A stretch of 50,099 nucleotides of DNA, filler included, from Catajapyx aquilonaris (taxonomy: Eukaryota): assembly GCA_000934665.2 (NCBI GenBank). It is 2 parts of 2 records of this genome, joined end to end, with 100 filler letters (N's around TTAATTAATTAA, not from the genome) between each part and the next. Parts side by side here need not be neighbours in the genome. Positions count along the whole stretch, not along the records: positions 1 to 25,057 come from JYFJ02005443.1; positions 25,158 to 50,099 come from JYFJ02005444.1. One strand, written 5' to 3'. The stretch's first letter is position 1, and the number at the start of each line of letters is the position of its first letter. This document shows, in pieces, positions 22,846-34,756 of this stretch. The notes under the pieces are model-generated. The model saw only the letters and a list, made by a program, of their open reading frames with translations. It was not told the origin of the DNA and searched no databases. Made by a program: the position numbers and the translations under genes.

Positions 22846-24120
22846 TCACACTGGCACGTAGGGAATTACAGTCAAGGCCATGTCAGGACGAGACCTTTTG
22901 AACTGAGCAATGGACAGGCTCCGGTCAACACGGGTGCACCACTCAACGTGAAGAGACTTGAGGTTGGTCAACCGTTGCCCCAAGACATGAAGGCCTCTGT
23001 GGGTGATTCCGGGGCATCCAGAAAAGGTCAGCTTGGTCAGAGAGATGCATTTCCACATGGACCTCAGGCATGTGTCGTCAAATGTTTTTGAGTCGTCCAG
23101 TCTGAATGTCTCCAGTCCTCTAGTCATGTTTGGCCAGGAAAACAATACAGTGGCGACTGAGCGGGTCAGGAAGTTTTGATCCGTCAGTGTCAGGTGGCGA
23201 AGGTTTTCAAGGCAGCCAAGTCCATCAAGGGCGCTGTCGTCTGAGAAGTGCAGTGGGAATGTTACAGAGAGATCTTCCACCTGTGGAAATTGTGCAAGGG
23301 TCAGATACGGCTCCACTGTCTCAAAGGCCCCAAGTGTTAGCTTCTTGATTTGCTGGCCAGCAACTGAGGCCAGCAGACGTAGGACTTCATCCTCATTTGA
23401 TGTAGAGCCAATGATGCAGACCTCCTTCAGGTTTGGCCAAATGTGCTTGTGGAAACCAGGATTGAACGGCCCTGGTATACTGTGGTTGAATGACAGGCTA
23501 AGACTGGTGAGGTGATGAGCGTCACACATGAGGTCCAGGACTTGAAGGCTGCCACGTGGAAGTGCGCACTCGGCAATAGAGATGTGCGTCAACTGCCTGC
23601 TGTACATCTGGATCATCCGTTTCATTGTTTCTTCTGTCTTGAAGGAGTTATACTTCAGGTGTAGTGTTGTGACGCCTGGAGCGGCAACATGAAGCACATT
23701 TAGGATTCGATCATCTTCTGGTTTGAGGAACCGCCAATTATAAAACTCCAGCCTCTTGACGTGGACCATCCGTCCCCTTTGAAGCTCCAGCTGCCTCGCA
23801 AACTGCTGGGTTCTGCTGACTGTTACTCTCCCACCTTCCCTTATGTCCTGGAACTTCCTCCCATCCAGCCTGACCTCCCTCCAGAGTTCTTTGTCGTAGG
23901 TCAGCCTCCTCCACTGCCTGCAGACTGGTGCTGCACTCTTCAGAAGTTCACGTCCCGTCAGGTAGGAGAAGATCTTCAGTGTCACCTCATCAGGAAATAG
24001 TGGCCTGCCCTCCTCCTCCTGTTGAAGGAAAGGAAAAGAGGGTAATATGTCCCTACATGTGTACTGCGTCCCACCCGTCCTCACCTGCTGCCGTCCCTCC
24101 TCCTCCTCCTGGTCTCCCAT
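22846..24120 (-). CDS. F-box/LRR protein, paralog 5 (join 24120-24085, 24018-22846)
   Basis: Intact F-box plus LRRs; 66-nt intron that is in frame and stop-free; AATAAA at 22793-22798. Confidence 0.85.
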   Translation of the reverse strand: MGDQEEEEGRQQVRTGGTQYTCRDILPSFPFLQQEEEGRPLFPDEVTLKIFSYLTGRELLKSAAPVCRQWRRLTYDKELWREVRLDGRKFQDIREGGRVTVSRTQQFARQLELQRGRMVHVKRLEFYNWRFLKPEDDRILNVLHVAAPGVTTLHLKYNSFKTEETMKRMIQMYSRQLTHISIAECALPRGSLQVLDLMCDAHHLTSLSLSFNHSIPGPFNPGFHKHIWPNLKEVCIIGSTSNEDEVLRLLASVAGQQIKKLTLGAFETVEPYLTLAQFPQVEDLSVTFPLHFSDDSALDGLGCLENLRHLTLTDQNFLTRSVATVLFSWPNMTRGLETFRLDDSKTFDDTCLRSMWKCISLTKLTFSGCPGITHRGLHVLGQRLTNLKSLHVEWCTRVDRSLSIAQFKRSRPDMALTVIPYVPV

Positions 24121-24171
24121 CTCCTGCTGCAGTGTCCTCCTCCTCCTCTTCCTTCAGGACCACCCCAGCTA

Positions 24172-24630
24172 CCCCATTGACACACGAACGTTCAGTGGAC
24201 GTTCGTGAATGTGCAGGGAATGTGACGTATGTTCTGTACATTCAGTGAACGTTCCGTGAATGTTCGTAGAGGGACATACATGGAATGCTTTATTTGAATA
24301 TTCTGTGAACGTTCAGTGAATGTTCTCCATTGACACACCAACATGAAGTGGACGTTCGTGAATGTGCAGGGAATGATCTGAATGTTCCGTATGTTCAGGG
24401 AATGTTCCGTGAATGTTCGTAGAGGGACATACATGGAATGATTTATTTGAATGTTCTGTGAACGTTCAGTGAATGTATACCCCATTGACACACCAACATG
24501 AAGTGGACGTTCGTGAATGTGCAGGGAATGATCTGAATGTTCCGTATGTTCAGGGAATGTTCAGGGAATGTTCATCTCTGGACATATACATAGAATGCTC
24601 CATTGGAATGTTCATTGAACGTTACGTGAA
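24172..24630. repeat. ~154-bp tandem repeat (3 units) rich in GAATGTTC/GAACGTTC; probable terminus of an EnSpm/CMC-like element
   Basis: ccattgacacac at ~24174, 24327 and 24482; begins CCC right after a TA where F-box leader homology breaks; superfamily tentative. Confidence 0.6.
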
Positions 24631-24654
24631 CATTTCCTCGCGCGCGAGCGCCGC

Positions 24655-24706
24655 GCCACCTGTCGGCACTTCGATACACTAGTGTATCGAAGTGCCGACA
24701 GGTGGC
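24655..24706. repeat. Spacerless perfect palindrome, 52 bp
   Basis: gccacctgtcggcacttcgatacact|agtgtatcgaagtgccgacaggtggc. Confidence 0.85.
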
Positions 24707-25057
24707 TACACTTATTGGGCAGTCGTCATCCGCCATAACCGCCATTAGGCCTGCCGCCCTGCCCATGGCCTGCCCATCAGCCGTGTGCGGTCCCCCAGCT
24801 TTATCGGCAACCCCTAATTTGGTTGGACACGGCCGGACACGGCGGTAGTTGGACGACACGGACGACACGCATTCAGACGAGCGGAGTCGCCTGCTGGTGA
24901 AACTGAGAGGTGACGTTCACACTTTGTCTGCCATGACAGTATATAAAATATATGCATCTATTATATGACACCATTTTCTTATTCCTCAAGGATAGAGAAA
25001 GCTCGTCTAGGGAATGAGGAACAGGACAGCGTATAGTAGGAACAAGCACTGACAATG

Positions 25058-25157
25058 NNNNNNNNNNNNNNNNNNNNNNNNNNNNNNNNNNNNNNNNNNN
25101 NTTAATTAATTAANNNNNNNNNNNNNNNNNNNNNNNNNNNNNNNNNNNNNNNNNNNN
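25058..25157. other. Artificial contig linker N44-TTAATTAATTAA-N44
   Basis: Exactly 100 nt and symmetric; core has stops in all six frames. Confidence 0.9.
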
Positions 25158-25678
25158 GCCGTGACAGCGAGAGGAAGAAGTGTCAAACTCACGGGCCGGC
25201 CCGCGACGGGCTACCCGCAACAATGAATAGCGTAGCCTAGAGCGTGCTCTTAATGGCTTGGTCGGTCCAATAAATTCCAAATAGTTAGTACGTACAGTAC
25301 ATTCATAACTATCATAAGAGATGTCAATTTTATACACTGAGCTCAGAGTATTGAAAAATTAAGAGTGGAAATATAAAGGGGGTAAGTGCCAAAAATAACA
25401 TTGTTGAGATTATGCACTAAAAGAGCTATGGGCCAAGGCCAATACTAATACGAAACATCCAAATGCCCCAGATGGCTCATTTGATAGCAGCTGATAGCAG
25501 GAAATCCCCAAAGATAGCCTCCTCAGACCCGAAAGAGTTCTATTCAACATAGCCTACATATTCCAGATTTGGTGTCTACGTATAATGTCGCCATGTGAAC
25601 AAAAAACCATTCTACACATGTTTCAAAATCCTGCACCATTGTTGAGTTAGAGGACTGTATTGCATGCAATACATATAA

Positions 25679-26820
25679 GGCGTATTCGGCAATTCAGGAA
25701 TCTGACTTCCTGGGCTGTTTGGATGTTCGGCAAAGCAGGTGCCACGCCCCCTGAAGTAAGGGCGCATGCGCCCTACCTGACTTCACAAGCTCAGGAACTT
25801 AGTGTACTCCTGACCTCACTTACTTGCTGAGAAACATGGTGGACAACAAATTCATGTTATGGATGGAGCAGTGTTGCCAATGCAAAATGCCCAAAAACCC
25901 CGCGAGAGGACCTGAAAATGGGGAAGTAGCCTTCATTTTGGAAACTACATAATAAATTCGCCCATATTTTTTGGATTTTTTTGGCATATTCCGTTTTAAG
26001 ATATCAGTTCCAGTTCCGGAGTAATTGGGGTTTTTATGTAGGGAAATGGTGACGTCACTGTTTCCCTAGAAAATGTTGACGTCACGCGAAGTGAAATGAA
26101 CGCAAAAATGGTGTTATAGAACGCGCCCCGTCATTGTCGTAAAATCCTTCGCTGTTGTTAGCAACCGTGTTAGCAACCGTCCCATTCCGTGAGCAAGATA
26201 GCGGCCGGGGCGCGTATTTATTCCAGGTCGCTCAAGCCGCTTTGTACATGGCAGTGATGCCACCAGGTCGGAATTATCTGTCACCCGAATTCGGCACATG
26301 AAGGCCCCTTTTCTCCACCTCGATGGCCTGCAGCCGCCTTGCGAATGCTTTCCGTCGTGTCCGCGGTTAATTCAAAGTCAAATTCCTCATATCTCGCAGT
26401 CAACCAGGCATTTCAGTGTACCCTTTCGATTGGCTGCGACGTTTTTCCCGCCAATTTTGAAGGCACTTTTAAATGTGCCGTAATTTATCCTGTAATGTCA
26501 TTTTGATGCAACAGAGTGATGGAATGTATGTTTACAGGCATGGGCTAGCTAGTTATGAACAAAAATCCCAAATCCCAGACCAAGGCTACTTCCCCATACC
26601 CGATTTTACCCGCATTTTCATTTTACCCGCACCATTACCCGCAAGCGTCCGAAATACGGCACCGAAATACCCGAACATTGGCATCACTGGGATGCAGCAC
26701 AAATGGCGGGTAGGGGGGTCTCTCGGTTCGGCCGTTCGGCAATAATCTTCTGGGGGGCGGGGCTAACAACTCAGATATCACGTGACGCATCTCAGAAAAA
26801 TCTGAATTGCCGAATACGCC
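25679..26820. mobile_element. PIF/Harbinger-like non-autonomous element
   Basis: TIR GGCGTATTCGGCAATTCAG / CTGAATTGCCGAATACGCC; TAA and TAT flanks. Confidence 0.7.
25869..26689. mobile_element. hAT-like element nested in the PIF element
   Basis: TIR CAGTGTTGCCAATG / CATTGGCATCACTG; 8-bp TSD ggatggag / ggatgcag. Confidence 0.75.
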
Positions 26821-27156
26821 TATTGTTGGGTCTTAGAACTTCTGATATAAAATGTGGTATTGCTTAGCCATACAAAACAACTTTCATATCGCAACACCTC
26901 TTATTCTATATTTCTATGTGATAAAGTGCGAAACTGTTGCGGAATTTTTTACAAAGAAAAACGTTGAATTGGGTACACTTTGTACCCGAGTAAAATGTGC
27001 AGCATTTTTCACGAGTTGAAATACTTTTGGCCACTTTACCCTGGTCTTGAAGCAACCCTTAGCACAGACCCCACGTTAAGGAGGTGTGTGTATGTGAAGG
27101 GTTGCTTCAAGACCAGCAGGATAAAGTGGTCAAATGTATTTGAACCCGATAGTACT

Positions 27157-27363
27157 CCCGCGAGCATAAAGATGGAGACGGCAGGCCCTTTTTCGACCTT
27201 TCTTCATCGGACTCAAGTTAATGAACTATTTTTGGACCGAGTTATCTGCTTCAGGCGTGTGTTCGTGTATTTATGACAGTATATTTGATACCGTAATTGC
27301 TGAGATTGACAGAGCAGCCTGCCGAAGGTGAGGGCCTGGCGTCTCCATCTTTATGCTCGCGGG
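27157..27363. mobile_element. Tc1-like MITE (same family as 34394-34609, opposite orientation)
   Basis: TIR CCCGCGAGCATAAAGATGGAGAC; shared internal tatttgataccgta core. Confidence 0.7.
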
Positions 27364-28854
27364 TACATACTGTACATATGTAATTATTTTGGTTATTATT
27401 ATAATTTCTGTTGTTGTTAGAAATGAAATGGGATCAAAGTAAATATTCAATTAAAAATCAAAATTAGAAAAAAAGTCTATACGATGTCTCGCTAACAAAG
27501 AAATACAGCATACTTTTTCTAGAAAAAAACATATATTGGTAAGTTTTATTAAAACATTTGATTAAACCATAGTTCAATCAGCACACTGTAGTGGCCCGGC
27601 AACGAGTGTTGTATGTTGCCAGGCCACCAGTCCGTTGTTGTTGTCAGGGAGAGGAGAGTTTGATTTGAAAGGGCGGGCATTGTTAGTTCTGACTGCCTTC
27701 TGGGCAGATGTGTATTCCATTCTGGAATAGATATCCTGCATAGTTATCATTCCTGACCTTGTCTGTATTCTGCATTAACGTGAACCTCTACAATACACTA
27801 TCCAAGACACTATCATACAATAGTATAGTAGGCTACATGAAAACCTGTTATTTGTGAATAGCTAATTTTTACGGTATTGACGACCATTTTCTGATTATCC
27901 GTGGTTTCCGATTATCCGGCGACACCTGTGCATTCATTAGCCCTGATAATCGGGATTACAGTGTAGGCCTATTTCATTTTTCTTGGATTTTTTTTTTCTT
28001 TTCATGTCCGAGATGTCAAGCAAATAAGCAATAGGGTACAGAAGTTGTTTAAAATCTTGTAGCCTATTTTGGGGTCTGTTTATTCGTTGGACATTTTCTC
28101 CTAGTTAACCCTTACAATCATGAACAGAGTCATTTTGTAGCCTGTAATGGATATGGTTACCCATATTCACATGATAATCCATATTCACAGGATAATAGTG
28201 TTAGTGCGAGATTCTGGCACTTACCCCCTTAATGAGGAAATGCCCCGTGGCACATATACCACTTTCTTGTTTCGCCACATTTGGCCTTAAATTTTTATTA
28301 TAAAGCAGTGGTATATGTTCACGACTATATTGCATCTGGCCAAGTGCCTTGATTGTAGTATGTTGCATCTGCCAAGTCATCATCACCAAGAACGTATAAT
28401 TACGGATAGGACACACAAAAATCGATTTTTCTCAGCTTCAAAAATATGGCACTTTATCATTTCCACTCTTCATGTTCTACGGTTCGAATACAGCCCAGGA
28501 CACTTCTATCGCCTGACATATCCCATAAGATCGTTCGTTAAGTTCAAATTTTACGGCAACATTTTAAATTAAAAGTGCAAAGCTGTTAGAAGGGAAGCAT
28601 ATTTCCGAGGATATTTCATCCGTTTGGTTTGGATTTTATTATCTGAGTGACGAGGCTTCTGAGACTTGATACCACTATGCAAAGTGATCATCTGATTGCC
28701 AACGAGATCTGCGATCAGCGAACTATTGATAGCAAAACGAAGGACTGAAGGAATTTGCCTTGATCCTTTGCAGAACCTTTGTAATGTTTAGGGGGGTTCC
28801 CCTCTCAGAGCAGGCTGACAGTCGGATTGGTCACACTCTATGCCCTGTGAAACA

Positions 28855-29010
28855 GATACATACACACATACATTTCCTTCACGGCATATTCCCATCAAGA
28901 TGGGGTTACCAGCGATGACCAGGTAGGCCTTACAGTCCACCTGGCCATCTCGAACGACCAGTATAATGAATCCTCTGGTGACTGGTCAGGTCACGCAGAA
29001 ACAGATGAAA
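28855..29010 (-). mobile_element. Possible 3' end of a non-LTR retroelement with (TATG)n tail
   Basis: catacatacacacatacat tail next to a cccatc-aa-gatggg stem-loop. Confidence 0.3.
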
Positions 29011-29315
29011 CAGATGAACTTGCATATTCTCACAGCCCTGTACTCGCACGTTTTTCACCGTACCATTATTTAGTACAGTATCAGATGCATTCAAAAAAAT
29101 TTGACAAGGATCAAAATTATGGAGATTTACCTCGGGTATTGCGGCATGCTTGCCACCCCCTGGTTATACCGGCATGCTGGTCGACCTCGTTTTATACCGG
29201 CATGTCGCTTTAAGTGAGGTGATACGGTATATCGGAAAAATATGTCGATCGGAGTGGCTAAAAGCAGTTTCTTCCCTCCTCCCGGTTTTATATTGAGAGA
29301 TGCACTATGCTTTAA

Positions 29316-29810
29316 AGGAAGGGTTCAGTGATTTTGCATGTTGAGCTCCAAAAATCAAACACGACTCCCTGATTTGAAAATAATATCCGATCCGTTTTGT
29401 TGGCAAATGCCCCATAAGCGTAAAATTTCAAGTCAAAGTTGATTTTTTTGAAAATCAGCGCCGAACACGGCTTCCCTCTAGCCACAAGAGTGGAAGCTTC
29501 GATGCAGCGGTCGAAGCTTCCACTCTTGTGGCTAGAGGGAACCCGTGTCCCGTGAAAAGATGAAAAAATGGGCTCCGAGCAGGCTCCGAGACTAAGCCAA
29601 TCTCATTGGCCACGGTGGTGGCAGGTTACCGGAATTTCCGCGGGAGGCGCTGGCTGTACGCTTACCGTATCGAATACAGTAGCGGATATGGACTTTCACC
29701 TAACGGCATTTGTTTACGCGCGTCAGATTCCAAAACTGACCACATTTTTGGAATCAGGGAGTCTTCCTTGATCTCTGAAGCCCAACATGCAAAATCACTG
29801 AACCGTTCCT
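29316..29810. mobile_element. Kolobok-like non-autonomous element with internal hairpin (~29466-29548)
   Basis: TTAA TSD; TIR AGGAAGGGTTCAGTGATTTTGCATGTTG / CAACATGCAAAATCACTGAACCGTTCCT. Confidence 0.75.
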
Positions 29811-30021
29811 TTAAGTTTAATCAATTATAGTGGGCAAAGGGGCCAGTCAGTGACGCCAATGCATGCCATGGAAGAAAAAAAAAGCTCGTAGGGCCTATGT
29901 GTCATGTTCCGAGAACAAAATAATAAGCCCACTCTCCTATTCCCCTCCGTACTCTCACCCCCATATCATTAATAACGTCTTTCTCCTTCACCTATGGGTT
30001 ATTCATCTTATTATAATCAAA

Positions 30022-30595
30022 TACTAGAAAGCCCTCGCTACGCTCGCTTTTTTATAGGCCTATGGCCTACGGCCTGCAGTGCCTACCATATTTTTAATCG
30101 CTTCGGATTTATAGCCAATGATGATGACCATCCCCCAATCATATGATACACCCCGACCCGTTCCTCCGTGCATTCACATATCTGTGATTCCGTACCCTGC
30201 GACCCATCTGCAATCCCACCTTTTGCTTTGCAGTGGCTGGGAAATATGCATTAGGCCTTCTCAACATACCAATACCTTTGAATTTTTTAAAACCCCAATT
30301 ATTGTATGAACAGAAATTCACAACCTCTACCGCTTCTACTCGCATGCACTCGCACACATGTGTCTAAATTATATGCACACTTTCCGACCACGTTTTTCTA
30401 ACTGCTCATAACTCCCCCCTATTATAAACGTCCATGGAACTCTGCAGTGTTTGTATTAGATGATCAAATGGTTTCATTCTTCCCAACCCTATTTTTTTGA
30501 CGTTCTCGACCTTTCTCGACCCGCTATCCCCGGGTTCCGTGTCCATGGAGTTGGCACCACTGATAAACAACATCCCGACCTAGCCTATTAGTATG
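30022..30595. mobile_element. Possible Helitron/Helentron-like remnant
   Basis: ACTAG followed by cgctacgctcgc (similar end at ~14314); tattagtat at the other end; no coding evidence. Confidence 0.3.
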
Positions 30596-30923
30596 TTCGG
30601 TTTGTTTACGACGCGACGTTCCAATTCAGCCATTCCTCCTTCCCCCCTCCTCTCCCCCTCCCCTGTTGTGAGGTCATCGTGAAGACGTGAGTGGAGGAAG
30701 GTGGAAGGGTAGAGGGGTCTTCACTGGAGAGGCGATGTGTCCTCGTTGACGTCCAGCAAGCGACTGTGGCGTTCTTCCACCCATTGCGCATGCTCGGAAA
30801 GGGGGCCAATCGGAACGTGGAGGTAACAACAATATGGGGCCGGACCAATGAGAGGGCTTATACACACACCACAAGCATTTTAATATGATAGCTATGACAT
30901 CTCTCTTCGTGCGTGCATCATAA

Positions 30924-31691
30924 GGGCGTCTTTACACGTTCCACAAAGTTGAAGCAACTTGCGGATGACGTCATGAGGGGGCGGAGCTACCTGCCTGATG
31001 AGAGGGAGGCCACCGCCTTCCCCCACCGACTCTTGCAAGATGGCGCCCGCGCTCAGAACACCACTCCCTGCTCCTGCTGCGATAGCAGCCACGTCGATTT
31101 TGGGTCATGTACGACGAGGAGCAGCGCCGGATTTACGGCAAGGCAACCTAGGCAGTTGCCTAGGGCGGCAGATTTCAAGGGGCGGCAAATTTAGGCATAC
31201 AAAAAAGTAAACGAAACATTCATAATAAATAATTACGCCACTGGAAGCAGCGCCGGATTTACCATTGGGCAGACTACGGCAGAGTAGGAAACGGCGGTCG
31301 GATCTCAACTGCCTAGGGGCGACCGAGGGGGTAAATCCGGCACTGACGAGGAGGCGGGAGAGGGCATCAGCTCGTCAGAGAAGAGCAGAAAAGACGTAAG
31401 AAAATGCGGTGGCGGGTGTGGGATTCTGTTTCCGACTGGAGGTCGTTCCACTCCTCCTCACTTTCCGCCATCTTGGCCGGTGGTGGGGAGGCTGGAGAGA
31501 CAGGCCAAGTTGAAAGAAAATAGAGCATGTTCTATTTTTCTTTCAACTTTGGCCACGCCCCCCGAGTGTCCCAACGCCCCGCCCTCTCCCACCTTTCAAC
31601 TGTGGAGCCTGCACGTTTACACGTGCAACTTTGTTGCAGTGACGTCATTCAACAAAGTTGCTCCAACTTTGTGGAACGTGTAAAGACGCCC
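30924..31691. mobile_element. PIF/Harbinger-like MITE
   Basis: 28-bp TIR GGGCGTCTTTACACGTTCCACAAAGTTG; TAA TSD. Confidence 0.85.
31122..31345. mobile_element. hAT MITE nested in the PIF element
   Basis: TIR CAGCGCCGGATTTA / TAAATCCGGCACTG; perfect 8-bp TSD ACGAGGAG. Confidence 0.85.
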
Positions 31692-33441
31692 TAAGTCTAA
31701 GCAGGTTTTTTTGGCTACTATAACTGTGAATGTTTTTAAACTTCATATTGTATCATGTATTGACTGACCTGCTTTATGAACTTGTGTAGTTACTTACTAG
31801 TTCTTTTCTTCCTGTTGTCTAAGTGTCTCAATTGAAGCTATTTCATTGTGATTGTCATACAAAACAAGATTGTATAACTGCAAAATCATTCATATACTAT
31901 CATTACACATTATCACTGCAAGACTATTGAGTAAACTTTGTCTTTCCGCATCACCTCCTTGATGAAGGCATCCAAAAAGGTAAGGAAAACCAGAAGAGCA
32001 AGAGAAGGGAAAATCATACTAGAGAGAACGTGACTAGTATTACACGAATTGCTTTGACGTCACGCACTCATTTTGGATCCCAACGGAAGTGCCGGGTCAT
32101 CAAAAATCACGAAGACTGGCCGAGTGAGAGTGGTTTCAAATCGCGGCCCACTTTGCGATGCGCTTGGCTGTGCTCTATTTAGTTTCACACTTAATCACGC
32201 AGCATGCAACTACGTTTGCCAGAATATTATCTGAATAGCTACCAATTACAGTTGTACGTCTTACTAATGTGCAAAAAAACAAACACTTACAGTAAAATGC
32301 AAATGACAGCATTATCTTTGGCGCACGATCGTGTCACATAATCAACTTACCTAAAGATTATTCTGCATGCATGAAGCAACTGTATTGTACGGCAGCAGCA
32401 GGGAACGGAAGTACAGAATATAGGTCTATAGGTGCGATTCATCATATTTAATAGCCGGATAGTCTATTCTCTATTGTATGAAGCTATACCTTTGCACCTT
32501 CTTATCGTGTATCGCCGACTTGCATCTTAATATGTAGGCCTACACCAGCATGTCTTCGGAAAAGAGAGTGAAAGTGAATTCACGCAGCACGGGCTCAACA
32601 AGTACCTTATTGAGACTTTCCAAATTGTGACGTCCACCGGTGTACAGTACAACGTTAGCGTGAAGTGCCCCGGGACATTACTTATAAAGCAAGTATAACA
32701 TTTATATATTTCCCTCATTCTCGTCCATAGAAAGAGCAAACGTAATCACTGTATGGTTAGAGTTATTTGATAAAAGTGTAAATCCAAAAAGAACCGGTAA
32801 ATGCAAACAAAACTGATGAATATGAAACCCTTCAGCTCGTGATTGCCTATTGGGCATTCCACGCCAAATCTATATGTGATAAGTGATTTTGAGGGTTTTA
32901 ATGCTCTCGTGTAGGGTGAGAGGCCCATTAATATGATGCGATTTCTAAGTGAGGCGCTTACTGTAGAACAAAAGTGGCCCAAGTTCAAATATGCAATTTT
33001 CGAGATAGGACTGCCATCACATTGAGAGAACTACTCCAAGTTGGTGAAAAATATGATATAGGTACTAAGTTCGATATTTGGGCGGTAAATGGCATAATGT
33101 CATTTATGCTCCAAGGAGAGTTGCCTACCCCTTGGAGCAATCCTGGTGTAAGACCCATACCAGCTGTTAAAGATGGCCGCCGACGAAGATCTAAGCGATA
33201 TTTCTGGGGGCATCTCTTTTCTCTACAGACAGATATTGTTGTGTATGGCAAATAGGTCTAATAAGTGTGTGGCTGTCAGTTTTGCCACGTTTAAAATTAT
33301 TTTTTATTATTTTTAATTTGTGAATTTGTGAATTTTTAATTTTTGCTGAAAATTTCCTTCTCTTAAATTTTTTACAGAAATTAATTGTTACTAAAATTCT
33401 TTGTTAAAATTGAGAAATGATCAAAGGAAATTTGATAAATA

Positions 33442-33597
33442 CAGTTGAATCCGGATATAACAGCCTAGGCTATAACATACTTTCGGTTATAACAGACTCG
33501 AAAGGCCCGTTCCGGCATACTTCCATCATATATGGTTTTTGTAATCGGATATGAGACCTTGGTTATAACAAGACTCCGTTATATCCGGATTCAACTC
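33442..33597. mobile_element. Tc1/pogo-like MITE
   Basis: TIR CAGTTGAATCCGGATATAAC / GTTATATCCGGATTCAACTC; TA flanks. Confidence 0.75.
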
Positions 33598-34393
33598 TAT
33601 TACACTCAGTCAAAAATGGTGTAAGTCCATGATTTTTATAATTGATATGGTGTAAGTCACATGATTTTTTTATCAATAAATCAAATTTTTTGTGACAGTA
33701 GCAATACATCTAAGAAAGACTGCCCTGTAATGATTGCCAAGCTGACATATTATGAATCCAGCCGTATGATTTCCCTTTTTTCTAGGACCTTCCAAACTTG
33801 CAGGTGAATTATCCCAACTTGCGTTTTTTGGACTTGGGCCACTTTTGTTCTAAGCGCCTCAAATAATGGGGAAATCTTTGTTGCAGTTTGCGGCTTCCCG
33901 TTTCTTGAGAAATCGCAAAATTAATACGACCATGAAATAAGTCAATGGGCTGCGGAGGCATGTCAGGTCTCTCTCTAGTCTTTGCTATAGTTTGTTTGCA
34001 AGTGCACTGCAAGCTAGCTGTTGGTTTAAAATCTTTGTACTCAAAGAACTGCCATTGGCTAGTGTTGACAAAATGTGCTTGCAATCTTACATGCAAAATT
34101 GTATGCTACAGGGTGTCAGAAAAATAATTCGAAGATATGAATTCAACCAAGAGCTAATAACTCTTGATTCAATAGCTCTTGATTCAACTCAGATATGGAT
34201 CTATGGAAATACCTCTTGAGTGCTCTGAATACCTGGTGTAGAGCATGAATCAGTCCTAATGATATTGGCTGGCAGTTATGCAAAAAGGCATACTGACAAG
34301 ATGCATTAGGAGGAAGTGTGCTGTCTTCTAGTTGAAAAACCAAAGGTAGTATCTCCTCAGCTGATATTGCAACAAGAAGATTCTGGGAATGTA

Positions 34394-34609
34394 CAGTTCC
34401 GAGCATAAAGTTGGAAATGGCAGCCCCTCCCCTTTGGCAGGGTGCTCTGCCAATCCCCACCATTTATACGGTATCAAATATACGGTTATAAATACACGAA
34501 CACACGCCTAAAGCAGCTAACTCGGTCCATAAAAAGTCCATTAATTTCAGTCGGATAAAGGAAGGTCCAGAGAAGGCCAGCACCATGTCCAACTTTATGC
34601 TCGTGACTG
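34394..34609. mobile_element. Tc1-like MITE
   Basis: TIR CAGTTCCGAGCATAAAGTTGGA / TCCAACTTTATGCTCGTGACTG; TA flanks. Confidence 0.7.
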
Positions 34610-34756
34610 TACAGCACTGTACGTGTACAATGTATTAAGCCCATGATTCAGCCTTAGATTAGTAATGACGTCACACTTGGCAACAATGTAGCTAACAATA
34701 ATTAAAGGCTTATGACGTCAGTATTATTCTAATAGTCAGACTGAATACACTATATA

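Noticed and set aside
6652..24120. Endogenous poxvirus- or polydnavirus-like ankyrin/F-box segment
   Set aside because: Spliceosomal introns, N-terminal F-box plus LRR architecture and no viral core genes
2041..24248. Numerous ORFs overlapping the ankyrin and F-box genes in other frames or antisense
   Set aside because: Shadow frames of GC-rich coding sequence with no domain signal
24192..24682. Repetitive ORFs (TFTERS...)
   Set aside because: Translation of the 154-bp tandem repeat
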